Source: Gammaproteobacteria bacterium (GTDB lineage Bacteria; Pseudomonadota; Gammaproteobacteria; Pseudomonadales; PIVM01). From it: 64,000 nt of DNA. Shown piece by piece: positions 1 to 10,700 of this stretch. The position numbers and the translations under genes are program-made. Positions within the stretch are counted from its first letter, which is position 1, and each line of letters opens with the position of its first letter. Under the pieces are notes generated by a model, which was not told the origin of the DNA, made no database searches, and saw only the letters and a list, made by a program, of their open reading frames with translations. The stretch covers positions 40,833-104,832 of the forward strand of contig PIVM01000003.1 in assembly GCA_003353945.1 (NCBI GenBank), written 5' to 3'.

Positions 1-1761
1 GGGGACTTCCTCATGTCGCTGCTGGTGCGCCTGCAAGTCAATCACATTTGCGGTCGGTGACGGCTCCTGACCCACTGACTCGACCTTCACATCAACAGAA
101 GATCCTTCAACCGGATAGCCTAGCAAAGCTGCGCTTTCTTCCGCTACAGCAAGTATTGAATCAAGTTCGGCTCCTGTATCTCCCAGCAAACAATCCAAAT
201 AAAATTCAACGCTTGTAATCGCATCTGCCAACGTATCCAACATCTGCCACTCAGGAACATCCCGACTATTTAGCAAACGTTCCTGAACATACTGCTCACA
301 ACTTTCCAAAACATTTGCAGAGGCATGAAGCGGCACCATGTTCAGGCCACCACGGATACCTTGCAGCAATTTTGGAACCGCGACCAATGGCTCTGTATCC
401 CATTGCGAAGCCACAAACTCAACGATAGCCTCTTTGATTTGATCCAGCCCATGACGCGCTTCTCGAATAACACTTTCGTGCGCCTGATCAATCTGACCGC
501 TTTCAATATTAAGCTGCCGTGTATCTGCAATCGTTTTGCTTCGATCCAGCGAGTCTTGCACCGACACCAACTGCGCGGCAATCTCTTCCAATTCATCATT
601 TGTGAAATCTGTGCCTTTTGCAATAATTTCACTGACTCTTTGCTGTTGTTCACGAACAACTGTCAACGCATCAACGGCACCCAACACCGACAGCGTATTA
701 ATGACTCGCTGAAATGCTGGTCCTAGAGTTGCAATATCGTATTCAGGGCTGTGCTCACCACGTGCGTAAAGATCCAGGACATCCTGAATTGCACTGATTT
801 CTTCATTCAATGCCCCTATCACCGAACGAATCGCATCGGAGTCAGGTAGGGCAATATTGTCCGTAGCATCTAATTCAGGCAATGCTTCTTTCAAACGATA
901 GGACTGTTGCACTTCCCGTATCAGCTCAGTGTCAGGCTGGACGCGCGCTACCGTGTATAGCAGGCTTTTCAGAAGCGCTGAATCTGCATGTTTTTCCAGT
1001 GCATCACGCCCATAATCCTGCAGCTTCTTGATTTCGTTATCGATTTGACGCAATACAGTCTTAATGCCTGCACTTGCTGGCTCTGCGCTTAAGGATAGAC
1101 TTTCAATAACCGCATGGGATATTTTCCAAAGACTTTCGCTGGCAGTATTCGCACTTACCTTATGTAGTCGTGCACATACCTTCAGCATTAGTTCATAATT
1201 TTTTTCAACTTCAAGATCACGTACGATCCCGACCATCGCCGCCTGATAATACTGCCTGAGTTTTCGAATCAACTCATTAAATTCATCCCTCTTAATCGTT
1301 GGCTTGACGACATTATCACTGCTGACTGCCTCAACGTCCGGATTAAAAACGGCTGCTTCCGACAGCGCATCTTCACCTCTTGCAGCACGCAGCTCATTAA
1401 GTGTAGGTAACAGTTTGGCGGGTTGATCCTGGCGCGTAGTACTTATTCGATGAACATAGGCAGACAAATGCAAAAAACCGGCCATGAGAGATTCAAGCGC
1501 ATCACCCGTATCTTCTATCTGACCTTCAACAAGAGCATGCGCTAGTTGCTCAATTTCAGTCGCCAGCAACGCTGCCCCATGCAATTCCACCATTTTCAGG
1601 CTTCCGTGAACCTGATGTGCATAGGTCAAACAAAATCTTAGCTTGGTAAAATCCTCGCGATCTGACACATAATCTTCCAGCGAGCTCCTTGCCTGCTGCA
1701 AGGTTTCCTCTATCTCGCTAGTCACCCAGTCAAGCGCAATATAATTACGTCGCTCAGCCAT
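1..1761 (-). CDS. chpA: ChpA-like multi-Hpt histidine kinase of the Pil-Chp chemosensory system, N-terminal 587 codons (3' end lies beyond the window start)
   Basis: Absent from the ORF track because it has no stop inside the window. I read every codon of the minus frame from ATG 1761-1759 down to base 1 and found no stop. Translation starts MAERRNYIALDWVTSEIEETLQQARSSLEDYV and contains AHQVHGSLKMVELHGAALLATEIEQLA (Hpt-type helix). It lies directly downstream of pilG-H-I-J-K, as in Pseudomonas. Confidence 0.78.
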   Translation of the reverse strand, partial: MAERRNYIALDWVTSEIEETLQQARSSLEDYVSDREDFTKLRFCLTYAHQVHGSLKMVELHGAALLATEIEQLAHALVEGQIEDTGDALESLMAGFLHLSAYVHRISTTRQDQPAKLLPTLNELRAARGEDALSEAAVFNPDVEAVSSDNVVKPTIKRDEFNELIRKLRQYYQAAMVGIVRDLEVEKNYELMLKVCARLHKVSANTASESLWKISHAVIESLSLSAEPASAGIKTVLRQIDNEIKKLQDYGRDALEKHADSALLKSLLYTVARVQPDTELIREVQQSYRLKEALPELDATDNIALPDSDAIRSVIGALNEEISAIQDVLDLYARGEHSPEYDIATLGPAFQRVINTLSVLGAVDALTVVREQQQRVSEIIAKGTDFTNDELEEIAAQLVSVQDSLDRSKTIADTRQLNIESGQIDQAHESVIREARHGLDQIKEAIVEFVASQWDTEPLVAVPKLLQGIRGGLNMVPLHASANVLESCEQYVQERLLNSRDVPEWQMLDTLADAITSVEFYLDCLLGDTGAELDSILAVAEESAALLGYPVEGSSVDVKVESVGQEPSPTANVIDLQAHQQRHEEVP

Positions 1762-1805
1762 ATACCCGCCAGCCCCTGCTCACACTATTCATTATTATCG
1801 CCAGC

Positions 1806-2663
1806 TTATACACGCACATAGGCCTGTACTTTCTCCTCGGAGACTCGACACAATTGCGGATGTTCCCAATCAATTGCTTCGCCTATTCCAACAATTAACA
1901 ATCCGCCCGGTTTCAACCGCCTCATTAAATTATTCAGCACCTCTTTTTGCCGCCAACGCCTAAAGTAGATAAGAACATTCTGGCAAAAAATAACATCCAT
2001 ATTACCAATTGGCATTTGCAGCATGTCGATAAGATTGAGCTGAGCAAAACACACTCTCTGCTTTAACCAAGGCTCAATCGCATACTGATTATCATCCTGA
2101 CAATTCAAGTACCTGTCGCACAGCGATGGATCCATATTTTTCAGCTTCCTGCTGTGAAAAACACCATTACGTGCTTCTGCCAATGCGGACAAGCAAATAT
2201 CACTTGCAGTCACTCCAAAATACACGTCCAGCCCTAACCCTTCAATACAGTCATTGGCAATCATCGCCAGTGAATAGGCTTCCTCTCCCGTCGAACAACC
2301 CACACTCCAGAGTTCTACGGAGCTCTCACCACCCATTTCTCCACTGAGTAAACGGTTAAACAGATGTTTTCGCACATAATCAAAAGACTCCTCATGACGA
2401 AAAAAACTGGTCTCCTTTACTGTTAGAGTATTGAGCAATGCTGTCCATTCAATGGCATTGCCAGTACCAACGGTTAGCTGCCGGTAGTACTGCTCATAAT
2501 CAAGACATTCTATTTCTCGCATTCGCTTGATTAATCCTGCTTGCAGAATCGATTTGTGATGCGAAAAAAATATGCCTGTACGCTCCTCCAAAACATACTG
2601 CCAACGGGCAAACTGTTCTTCAGATAAATCAGGTAAAGTGCGATACGTCCAGGCCATGACCAA
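1806..2663 (-). CDS. pilK: CheR-type MCP methyltransferase of the Pil-Chp system
   Basis: 285 aa with CheR-like SAM-binding region (VELWSVGCSTGEEAYSLAM, DVIFCQNVLIYF). Sits between pilJ and chpA. Confidence 0.85.
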   Translation of the reverse strand: MVMAWTYRTLPDLSEEQFARWQYVLEERTGIFFSHHKSILQAGLIKRMREIECLDYEQYYRQLTVGTGNAIEWTALLNTLTVKETSFFRHEESFDYVRKHLFNRLLSGEMGGESSVELWSVGCSTGEEAYSLAMIANDCIEGLGLDVYFGVTASDICLSALAEARNGVFHSRKLKNMDPSLCDRYLNCQDDNQYAIEPWLKQRVCFAQLNLIDMLQMPIGNMDVIFCQNVLIYFRRWRQKEVLNNLMRRLKPGGLLIVGIGEAIDWEHPQLCRVSEEKVQAYVRV

Positions 2664-2714
2664 AAACTCACTTCGAGCTACCCTGCCGCTATTCTATAGT
2701 CGTTGCGCTATACG

Positions 2715-4766
2715 TTAGGCCGCAACATCACTCCCTTCGATTTCTTCCGGCAAGGTGAAACCTGCCACAGAGCTACGCAAATCGGTCGCCATATCTGCCA
2801 GATTTCCGATAGACCGCGCTGTTGCCGTAGTACCAGCCGATGTTTGCGATGTTATTTCCTGAATAACGTTCATAGTATTGGATATGTGACCGGCAGAAGA
2901 TGCCTGTTGCCGCGCAGCGTTAGAGATATTCTGAATCAATTCCGCCAATTCCTGGGATACTTTCTCGATTTCTTCCAAGGCATAGCCCGCGTCCTGCGCC
3001 AAGCGTGCTCCACGCACCACTTCAGCTGTTGTTTGCTCCATCGAGATGACGGCCTCGTTGGTATCGGACTGAATCGTCTTAACCAACGCTTCGATCTGCT
3101 TGGTCGCCGCCGATGATCTTTCAGCAAGACGCTGTACTTCGTCCGCAACCACCGCAAAACCCCGACCAGCATCACCGGCCATCGACGCCTGAATGGCGGC
3201 GTTCAGAGCCAGTATGTTGGTTTGATCGGCAATGTCATTGATAAGCGATACAATGTCCCCGATTTCCTGGGAGGATTCACCCAATCGCTTGATACGTTTT
3301 GCTGTATCCTGAATCTGCTCACGAATAGTGTCCATCCCGTGAATCGTATTTTGTACAACCTCGGCACCACGATTGGCGATTTCCACCGAACGTTCCGCCA
3401 CCTGGGCTGATTCAGCAGCGTTTGTCGATACCTGATCGATCGTGACGGCCATCTCATTCACCGCCGCAGAGGCACCGGCAATTTCTTGTGCCTGATGCTC
3501 TGACGCTTCGGCCAAGTGCAAGGCCGTACTTTGCGTTTCTTCCGCTGCCTGAGAAACCTTCATGGAGGTATCATTGATCTGCGATACCAGGATACGCAAT
3601 TGATCGATCGTGAAATTGATAGAGTCCGCAATGGCTCCGGTAAAGTCCTCGGTTACTGTTGCCGTGGTAGTCAAGTCACCGTCGGCCAGATCGGCCAATT
3701 CATCAAGCAGCCGCAGAATCGCCTGCTGGTTTCGTTCATTCGTTGCCGCTGTTTCGGACAAACGAAAACGTGTGTTTGAAAACGCCTGCACGCCAATCAG
3801 TATCAGCATGACAATACTGACACCACCCATGATAAATGCCGACTTAATGGTGATGGCCCGCTCGTTTCCGAGATTATTAATATGCTCGGCCAAACCAGTC
3901 GTTTGACCCATAATCAATGGCGAATCCACCAGAATACTATTGGCGGCCTGGCGCACTTTCAACAAATCAGGAGAGGCCTGAAAAATGTCGTCCACCGATC
4001 CGGTCACGAATTCAAACAGTTTGGCAATTTCGCTCAAACTCTTTATGGCCTCAGCATCTCGAACCCGGCTAATTCGCATAGCTGCATTGCCTTCCAACAT
4101 ACCGGTCAACACACTACCGAAGATACTGGCATCCAGATTGAACTGGTCCGCTGCATCGTTGGAACCTTCACCACCCTCTAACATCTTGTCAACGTTACGC
4201 GCAATACGTTCAGCCAGCCAGGATTGCTTTTGCGCCAACGCCACCTGATCTGATGGTGCGCTCGTTTCTATTAATATTTCAACAACGGTATTATATTCCT
4301 GCTGAAGCTCTGGGATGGAGGCATTTAATGTTCTCGCCACTTCATGAAGAAAAAGAATCCGCTCTTTGTTTCCAACAATAGTCTGGGAACCCACATCAAC
4401 GTTTTTCCATATTTTCTCCAAACTTGCCAATTCATCACCAAGGTACTGCTGAGGCGAGGGCAAATTGGCATTCCCGTTTTTCAAGATGCCAAATACTTGC
4501 TGGAAAGATTTTCGGGCTTTTTCTAATTTATCGAATGCCTCTGACTGGCCTTCCGTTGCCTCCCTGGAGTGAGTTGCAATTTGTTGTGACAATACCCTTA
4601 ACTCACCAGTATGCTCTAAATACTTGGCATCATGGCCCGCATCGGTAAATACGATAACGACATTACCGACCGCCAGTATTGCGAATACAACCACAATCAC
4701 AACCAACAACATAATGTTTCTGTTGGAAGGCAACTTTGAGATTACACTGTTAGACGTAGCGCTCAT
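2715..4766 (-). CDS. pilJ: Methyl-accepting chemotaxis protein PilJ
   Basis: 683 aa. N-terminal TM helix, second TM plus HAMP region, and the conserved MCP signalling hairpin [40 protein letters not shown]. Confidence 0.9.
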   Translation of the reverse strand: MSATSNSVISKLPSNRNIMLLVVIVVVFAILAVGNVVIVFTDAGHDAKYLEHTGELRVLSQQIATHSREATEGQSEAFDKLEKARKSFQQVFGILKNGNANLPSPQQYLGDELASLEKIWKNVDVGSQTIVGNKERILFLHEVARTLNASIPELQQEYNTVVEILIETSAPSDQVALAQKQSWLAERIARNVDKMLEGGEGSNDAADQFNLDASIFGSVLTGMLEGNAAMRISRVRDAEAIKSLSEIAKLFEFVTGSVDDIFQASPDLLKVRQAANSILVDSPLIMGQTTGLAEHINNLGNERAITIKSAFIMGGVSIVMLILIGVQAFSNTRFRLSETAATNERNQQAILRLLDELADLADGDLTTTATVTEDFTGAIADSINFTIDQLRILVSQINDTSMKVSQAAEETQSTALHLAEASEHQAQEIAGASAAVNEMAVTIDQVSTNAAESAQVAERSVEIANRGAEVVQNTIHGMDTIREQIQDTAKRIKRLGESSQEIGDIVSLINDIADQTNILALNAAIQASMAGDAGRGFAVVADEVQRLAERSSAATKQIEALVKTIQSDTNEAVISMEQTTAEVVRGARLAQDAGYALEEIEKVSQELAELIQNISNAARQQASSAGHISNTMNVIQEITSQTSAGTTATARSIGNLADMATDLRSSVAGFTLPEEIEGSDVAA

Positions 4767-4870
4767 GCCTCAGACTCCTACCCGAGTAAAATATTTAACG
4801 ATTAATTGGCTCTAAAAAAATCTATTTTCATCAAACATGCTTAAAGATGCATAAGGTAGTTATACCTTGG

Positions 4871-5413
4871 TCATGCAGCTGCTGCATTAAAGAAACTGGG
4901 ATCTCTTGCTAAATTAAAGGGGCTAAATACAGCCCAAGTCATATCCATCTGAACATAAGATCCACTGAAATAGGCTTTTAGTTCCTGCAGTGAATCCGAG
5001 ATAGTGTCGGTAAATGTATCAATGGGGAAATGCTGCATCCCGTAAACTTCGTTTACCAACAATCCGCTATAGATCTCACCCATTTCCAATACCAGGACTC
5101 GCCGCCTTTTTTGAACACTCGGAGCTTGTGTACCAAAATAATGCTCCAGATCGAAAAGTGGCAGCAAGCGACCACGTACATTCGCTACACCCAGAACCCA
5201 GGGTTGCACGCCGGGTAGTCGCGTATAACTTGGCACTCTCAACATCTCGACAACTTCTCCCATAGGAGCCACCATACGATGCCCCAAAAGGTTAAAGCCA
5301 ATCCCGCTCCAATGAGGTGTTATATCGACCTGAGCGGGCAAGCCTTTAGCAGAATTTCGACTAAGAGACTCAAGTTCTAACAAAAGCGCATAGGGATCAT
5401 TAAGATCAGTCAT
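4871..5413 (-). CDS. pilI: CheW-like coupling protein PilI
   Basis: 180 aa, CheW-like core (WVLGVANVRGRLLPLFDL). Synteny between pilH and pilJ. Confidence 0.85.
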   Translation of the reverse strand: MTDLNDPYALLLELESLSRNSAKGLPAQVDITPHWSGIGFNLLGHRMVAPMGEVVEMLRVPSYTRLPGVQPWVLGVANVRGRLLPLFDLEHYFGTQAPSVQKRRRVLVLEMGEIYSGLLVNEVYGMQHFPIDTFTDTISDSLQELKAYFSGSYVQMDMTWAVFSPFNLARDPSFFNAAAA

Positions 5414-5430
5414 GAAGTCATTGGCTATCC

Positions 5431-5796
5431 TTAGGCGGATAGCACATCCTCAATTGTTTTAATCAGTACTTTTTCATCGACAGGTTTGGTCAGATAACCC
5501 TTGGCACCCTGGCGCTTTCCCCAAAGTTTATCTGTTTCCTGGTCTTTGGTTGTAACAATAATCACAGGAATTTTGCTGGTCGGTCCATTTTTAGTCAGCT
5601 GCCGTGTCGCTTGAAATCCATTGATGCCCGGCATAACAATATCCATTAATACCAAATCTGGCAGTTCTTTCTTTGCCAACGCAACACCTTCTTCACCACT
5701 TTCCGCCGCTAGCACTTCGTAGCCATTACGACTCAACATATCAGTTATCTTATACGTTTCCGTGGGCGAATCATCCACGATTAACACTCGAGCCAT
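5431..5796 (-). CDS. pilH: Single-domain response regulator PilH
   Basis: 121 aa REC domain (RVLIVDDS, DLVLMDIVMPG, IIVTTK). Synteny. Confidence 0.9.
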   Translation of the reverse strand: MARVLIVDDSPTETYKITDMLSRNGYEVLAAESGEEGVALAKKELPDLVLMDIVMPGINGFQATRQLTKNGPTSKIPVIIVTTKDQETDKLWGKRQGAKGYLTKPVDEKVLIKTIEDVLSA

Positions 5797-5841
5797 ACTG
5801 CCTCCACGCTATTTGTCATGCTCTGCATGCATCTGGCTTGA

Positions 5842-6231
5842 CTAAGATTCAGTTTTAATGTGCGTTTCAATAGCCCCTAGCAATTCATTCTTGCTAAAAG
5901 GCTTGGTCAAATATTGATCTGAACCAACTATTCGTCCCTTGGCTTTGTCGAATAAGCCATCCTTACTGGATAACATAATCACTGGCGTTGACTTAAACTC
6001 TGTGTTGTTCTTAATCAATGCACAGGTTTGATAACCGTCCAATCTGGGCATCATGATATCGACAAAGATAATATCGGGATTGCTGTCAGCAATTTTCGCC
6101 AATGCATCAAATCCATCGGTAGCAGTAATAACAGTACAGCCGACTTTTTTTAGCAATGTTTCAGCAGTCCGACGAATCGTCTTACTGTCGTCGATAACCA
6201 TGACTTTCAGATCTTCAAAATTGACATCCAT
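5842..6231 (-). CDS. pilG: Single-domain response regulator PilG
   Basis: 129 aa REC domain (KVMVIDDS, DIIFVDIMMP, MLSSK). First gene of the pilGHIJK-chpA cluster. Confidence 0.9.
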   Translation of the reverse strand: MDVNFEDLKVMVIDDSKTIRRTAETLLKKVGCTVITATDGFDALAKIADSNPDIIFVDIMMPRLDGYQTCALIKNNTEFKSTPVIMLSSKDGLFDKAKGRIVGSDQYLTKPFSKNELLGAIETHIKTES

Positions 6232-6529
6232 TCTGCTGACCTTGAATTTAGTTGATATGATACGCCTTTTCGCGGCACTATTTATTATGTAACAATTCTA
6301 GCTTAACAAGCTTACTTGTTGATTTTAAACGGCGCTTTTTAGCACAAAATGTGACGTAATCACTATGCTATGGAACAACCGGCCAACTATCGACTACAAA
6401 CCAAACAGTTTTTCTATCCATATATAAAAAACTGCTGAAACACGCTCCGTTTTCAACAAGTTAAAGTAATAGTATAGAAATCACTAAAAATAAAGGAAGT
6501 ATGATCGCTAATAGCGAGCAGAGGCTCAA

Positions 6530-7477
6530 ATGACAATAAAACTGGGGGTCGTGATGGACCCCATTCAATCCATCAATTATAAAAAAGATAGCACTCTGTC
6601 CATGTTATGGGCAGCTCAGGGAAAAGGTTGGGCCATTTACTACATGGAGCAAGCTGATTTATTTATAGAAAATAGTCAGGCTAAAGCCACTGTAAAGTCC
6701 TTAAGTGTATTTCATGATCCCGAACGCTGGTATGAATTTAATTCAAACCAAACGATAGCTTTGGGTGATTTGGATGTCATTTTAATGCGCAAAGACCCTC
6801 CCTTTGATAATGAATACATTTATAGCACTTATATCTTAGAAATGGCTGAACGTGATGGCTGTCTTATCGTCAACAAACCACAAAGTTTACGCGACTGTAA
6901 TGAAAAAGTATTTGCCACTCAATTTGCCCACTGCTGCCCACCACTGATGGTAACTGCCGATGCCAATCGTTTACGAACATTTCACCAAGAACAGCAGGAT
7001 GTTATCTTAAAACCACTCAACGGAATGGGAGGAAGTGCCATATTTCGGGTCAAAGATAACGACCCTAATCTCAATGTCATTATTGAAACGCTGACGGAAC
7101 ACGGTCGTACTAGTATTATGGCGCAACGGTATATTCCTGAAATAACAAAAGGTGATAAACGCATCTTAATGGTTGATGGCGAACCCATCCCATATGCGCT
7201 GGCCCGTATTCCCGCACAAGGTGAAACCCGTGGGAATCTGGCAGCAGGCGGCAGCGGTGAAGCCAGACCGCTAACGGAGCGTGATCGCTGGATTTGTCAA
7301 CAGGTCGCCCCCACTCTAAAAGAAAAAGGACTTTTATTTGTAGGCCTTGATGTCATTGGTGACTATCTGACAGAAATTAATGTCACCAGCCCTACATGCA
7401 TTCGTGAACTTGATACTGCCTATAACCTTGATATTGCATCGCAACTCATGGACCGCATTGCCGATCTACTTAATTAA
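6530..7477 (+). CDS. gshB: Glutathione synthetase
   Basis: 315 aa. Typical prokaryotic GshB N-terminus (KLGVVMDPIQSINYKKDST) and ATP-grasp C-half (GDKRILMVDGEP, NLAAGG). Confidence 0.92.
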   Translation: MTIKLGVVMDPIQSINYKKDSTLSMLWAAQGKGWAIYYMEQADLFIENSQAKATVKSLSVFHDPERWYEFNSNQTIALGDLDVILMRKDPPFDNEYIYSTYILEMAERDGCLIVNKPQSLRDCNEKVFATQFAHCCPPLMVTADANRLRTFHQEQQDVILKPLNGMGGSAIFRVKDNDPNLNVIIETLTEHGRTSIMAQRYIPEITKGDKRILMVDGEPIPYALARIPAQGETRGNLAAGGSGEARPLTERDRWICQQVAPTLKEKGLLFVGLDVIGDYLTEINVTSPTCIRELDTAYNLDIASQLMDRIADLLN

Positions 7478-7509
7478 CATGACTATCGTAAAATGATCGC
7501 TATATACTC

Positions 7510-8385
7510 ATGATACAGACATCCGCGCCAACAATAACAAGTCATGACCGCCTGGGCTTTACCCTCTGTATGGCCCTTGCTGTGCATGCCCTCATTATTC
7601 TTGGTGTGGGATTTGCGCCACTGGATCCAGCAGATAATACAGGCATCTCTCGTCTGGAAATCACCCTCGCTCAACACAGCAGTAAACAAGCTGTTGAACA
7701 GGCTGATTACATAGCAGAAACCAACCAGCAAGCCAGCGGTACAGAAAATAAAAAACGTGAACTAACGAGCACAGAACTAGCGGAATTTGTTGATCCCCGC
7801 ATTCATGAGACTTCACAGCAATCCACACCTGCCAGTTCAAAAAGCTCGCAACAACAAAAGATCCCGCAAATCACAACACAGCGAAGCCAGTTTCTTGTAT
7901 CCAACACCTTGGTGTCCGAAGAGAAGACAAGCAAACGATCCGATTCAATCCTGGACGAACGTCAACAGCAAATCGCAAGTTTGCAGGCAAAGCTTGATCA
8001 ACAAGAACAGATGCTGGCAAAAAAACCTCGCATACACCGACTTACCTCTCTATCAACCAAAGCCTCTGCCGATGCAGCATACCTTTACCGCTGGCAGTCA
8101 CGCATCGAACATATCGGCAATCAATACTATCCAGAGGAGGCCCGGCGGCGAAAACTGTACGGTAGTTTACGCCTACTGGTTGCTGTCAACAGCGATGGGC
8201 GCATTGTAAATCTCAAGATTTTACAATCCTCCGGCCAACAAATTCTAGACGATGCGGCGATCCGAATAGTGCGACTGGCTGAACCCTTTCCTCCATTCAG
8301 CCGTGAATTGCGCGAAACCACCGACATACTGGAAATTATCCGAACCTGGCGCTTCGAAAAAAATCAGTTAAGTTCAAGCAGTTAA
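7510..8385 (+). CDS. TonB-family energy transducer (TonB3-like by position)
   Basis: 291 aa. One N-terminal TM helix, a Q/S/E-rich linker and a TonB_C-like end (YPEEARRRKLYGSLRLLVAVNSDGRIVNLKILQSSGQQILDDAAIRIV). It lies between gshB and yqgE, where Pseudomonas has tonB3. Confidence 0.7.
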   Translation: MIQTSAPTITSHDRLGFTLCMALAVHALIILGVGFAPLDPADNTGISRLEITLAQHSSKQAVEQADYIAETNQQASGTENKKRELTSTELAEFVDPRIHETSQQSTPASSKSSQQQKIPQITTQRSQFLVSNTLVSEEKTSKRSDSILDERQQQIASLQAKLDQQEQMLAKKPRIHRLTSLSTKASADAAYLYRWQSRIEHIGNQYYPEEARRRKLYGSLRLLVAVNSDGRIVNLKILQSSGQQILDDAAIRIVRLAEPFPPFSRELRETTDILEIIRTWRFEKNQLSSSS

Positions 8386-8440
8386 AGAAGCTCACGATCA
8401 AAACTTGTCATTCTTGCAGTTCACCCCAATAATGAGAAGT

Positions 8441-9013
8441 ATGGACACGACAAAAGACCAGACATACCTGAAAGATAATTTCTTAATCGCCATGCCGAGC
8501 TTGAGCGATTCTATGTTTGCAAATACGATCACCTATCTTTGCGAACATACCTCACAAGGCGCAATGGGTATAGTGATCAATCACCCACTGGACATGTGCT
8601 TTGATGAAGTCTTTGAATATCTCAAGATTACAAACCCGTGCGAATCACACAATGAACCCGTGATGGCAGGTGGCCCAGTTGAAATGAATCGCGGTTTCGT
8701 TTTACATCGCCAGAATGACAGCCCTTGGGAATCCTCATTGTGTATTTCCAACGATATTAGCTTAACAACGTCGCTGGACGTACTTGAAGCCATCGCTCAT
8801 AACAAAGGCCCCAAAGACAATCTGATTGCCCTGGGTTATGCCGGTTGGGGAGCAGGTCAGTTAGAGCAGGAGCTGGCCAATAATGCCTGGCTAACCCTGC
8901 CTGCAGACGCTGATATCATTTTTAATATTCCAATTGAGCAACGACTTAAAGTCGCCACCAGTCAACTCGGCATAGATTGGCAACTGATTTCTCCAACTGC
9001 AGGCCATGCCTGA
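8441..9013 (+). CDS. yqgE: YqgE/AlgH family protein (UPF0301)
   Basis: Track ORF 8405-9013 starts at TTG. The family-like N-terminus is [21 protein letters not shown]...[19 protein letters not shown], so ATG 8441 is preferred (8432 is also possible). Confidence 0.85.
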   Translation: MDTTKDQTYLKDNFLIAMPSLSDSMFANTITYLCEHTSQGAMGIVINHPLDMCFDEVFEYLKITNPCESHNEPVMAGGPVEMNRGFVLHRQNDSPWESSLCISNDISLTTSLDVLEAIAHNKGPKDNLIALGYAGWGAGQLEQELANNAWLTLPADADIIFNIPIEQRLKVATSQLGIDWQLISPTAGHA

Positions 9014-9434
9014 AAAAAAACCAAGCTTCCTATCACCGCACACTGCGCTGGCATTTGATTACGGCACCCAGTCCATTGGTGTCGCAGTTGGACAATCAAT
9101 CACCGGCACTGCAACGCCCTTAAAATGCCTGCCAGCTCGCGACGGCATACCTAATTGGGACAACATTAAGGAACTGCTGACAGAATGGAAACCCGACACT
9201 CTAATTGTTGGCTTACCATTGAATATGGATGGTAGTGACAGCGAACTATGTCAGCGCGCAAGAAAGTTTTCACGACGATTGAAAGGCCGTTTTGGTATTG
9301 CCTGCAAACTGTGTGATGAACGGCTCAGTACCCGCGAAGCCAAAGAACTGACAGGGCAATATGGCAATTTTCGGAACAAGCCAGTCGACAGCATCGCTGC
9401 AGTGTTAATTCTGGAAACCTGGTTTAAAGAATAG
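9006..9434 (+). CDS. ruvX: Holliday-junction-resolvase-like nuclease RuvX/YqgF
   Basis: 142 aa with the [17 protein letters not shown]-terminal motif. Overlaps the yqgE stop, as is usual for yqgE-yqgF. Confidence 0.9.
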   Translation: MPEKKPSFLSPHTALAFDYGTQSIGVAVGQSITGTATPLKCLPARDGIPNWDNIKELLTEWKPDTLIVGLPLNMDGSDSELCQRARKFSRRLKGRFGIACKLCDERLSTREAKELTGQYGNFRNKPVDSIAAVLILETWFKE

Positions 9435-9475
9435 TGAGTTAACCGCCGATGCGGGTTGTAACATGCACACCCGAC

Positions 9476-10618
9476 TTAAAAACGACTACCGTTGCCCTCA
9501 TCGTCATAATCATCCTGGAGCTGCAAACCTTGAGAAGCCTCATCCAGCGCATCATCTTCAGAATCCAGCTTAATCATCAAACGCAGGTCATTGGCAGAAT
9601 CTGCATGTGACAAGGCATCTTCATAGGTGATTTCCCCCGTTTTATACAGCTCATACAGGGCCTGATCAAAGGTCTGCATACCAATTTCATTCGATTTTGC
9701 CATCAGCGGTTTCAAGGCGGGCACATCGCCCTTGCGAATCAGATCTTGCGCCAACGGCGAGTTGAGCAACACCTCTATCACCGCCCGCCTGCCCTTACCA
9801 TCAGGCGTCGGTATCAATTGTTGTGCAACAATCCCCCTTAGATTCAATGACAAGTCCATCCACAATTGTGTGTGCCGTTCAGCAGGGAAAAAGTGCAAAA
9901 TGCGATCAAGCGCCTGGTTTGCATTATTCGCATGCAGCGTACAAAGACACAGATGACCGGTTTCTGCAAAGGTGATGGCATGCTGCATTGTTTCCAGACT
10001 TCTTACCTCACCGATCAAAATAACATCCGGCGCCTGGCGTAACATGTTTTTTAGCGCAACTTCAAAACTGTCAGTGTCTATTCCAACTTCTCGCTGAGTG
10101 ACAATACATCCGGCATGCTGATGAATAAATTCGATGGGATCCTCAACACTAATAATATGGCCTTTGCTATTACGATTGCGATGCCCGATCATGGCAGCAA
10201 GCGATGTGGATTTACCTGTACCGGTTGCCCCAACAAAAATGACCAAGCCCCGTTTAGTCATAGACAAATCTTTGATAATTTCCGGTAAGCCCAAGTCATC
10301 AACTTGAGGAATATTCACTTCAATTCGACGCAATACCATACCGGCCAGATTACGCTGATAAAATGCACTGACTCGAAAACGGCCAACACCACGAGCACTG
10401 ATGGCAAAATTGAGTTCCTTATCCCGAATAAACTCCTTACGCTGCGTTTCGGTCATCACACTCAACACGGTTTCGCGGGTTTTTTCTGGCGTCAGCTTGG
10501 TCGTTGTCACCGGCAGCACCCGTCCATGCACTTTTATGCTGGGCGCAACGCCAGCTGTGATGAAAAGGTCTGAGGCACCTTTTTCCACCATGACTTTTAA
10601 TAACCGATCCACATCCAC
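9476..10618 (-). CDS. pilU: Type IV pilus retraction ATPase PilU
   Basis: 380 aa. PilT/PilU family Walker A (GATGTGKST), Asp box and His box, plus an acidic C-terminal tail. Downstream of pilT. Confidence 0.9.
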   Translation of the reverse strand: MDVDRLLKVMVEKGASDLFITAGVAPSIKVHGRVLPVTTTKLTPEKTRETVLSVMTETQRKEFIRDKELNFAISARGVGRFRVSAFYQRNLAGMVLRRIEVNIPQVDDLGLPEIIKDLSMTKRGLVIFVGATGTGKSTSLAAMIGHRNRNSKGHIISVEDPIEFIHQHAGCIVTQREVGIDTDSFEVALKNMLRQAPDVILIGEVRSLETMQHAITFAETGHLCLCTLHANNANQALDRILHFFPAERHTQLWMDLSLNLRGIVAQQLIPTPDGKGRRAVIEVLLNSPLAQDLIRKGDVPALKPLMAKSNEIGMQTFDQALYELYKTGEITYEDALSHADSANDLRLMIKLDSEDDALDEASQGLQLQDDYDDEGNGSRF

Positions 10619-10700
10619 TTTGCTATCCTTAAAAAATAGTCTGATTTGTTCCTAAACTAGCATCGCCTGAATACACCGCACCCACCTACCACGGCAATCA

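Noticed and set aside
325-726. 133-aa plus-strand and 105-aa minus-strand track ORFs.
   Set aside because: Both lie inside the continuous chpA reading frame, which is open from 1761 to base 1.
6350-6363. CRP/Vfr-like half sites TGTGA...TCAC in the pilG/gshB divergent region.
   Set aside because: The spacer is 5 nt, not the canonical 6, and the right half is incomplete (TCACT). This is too weak to call.
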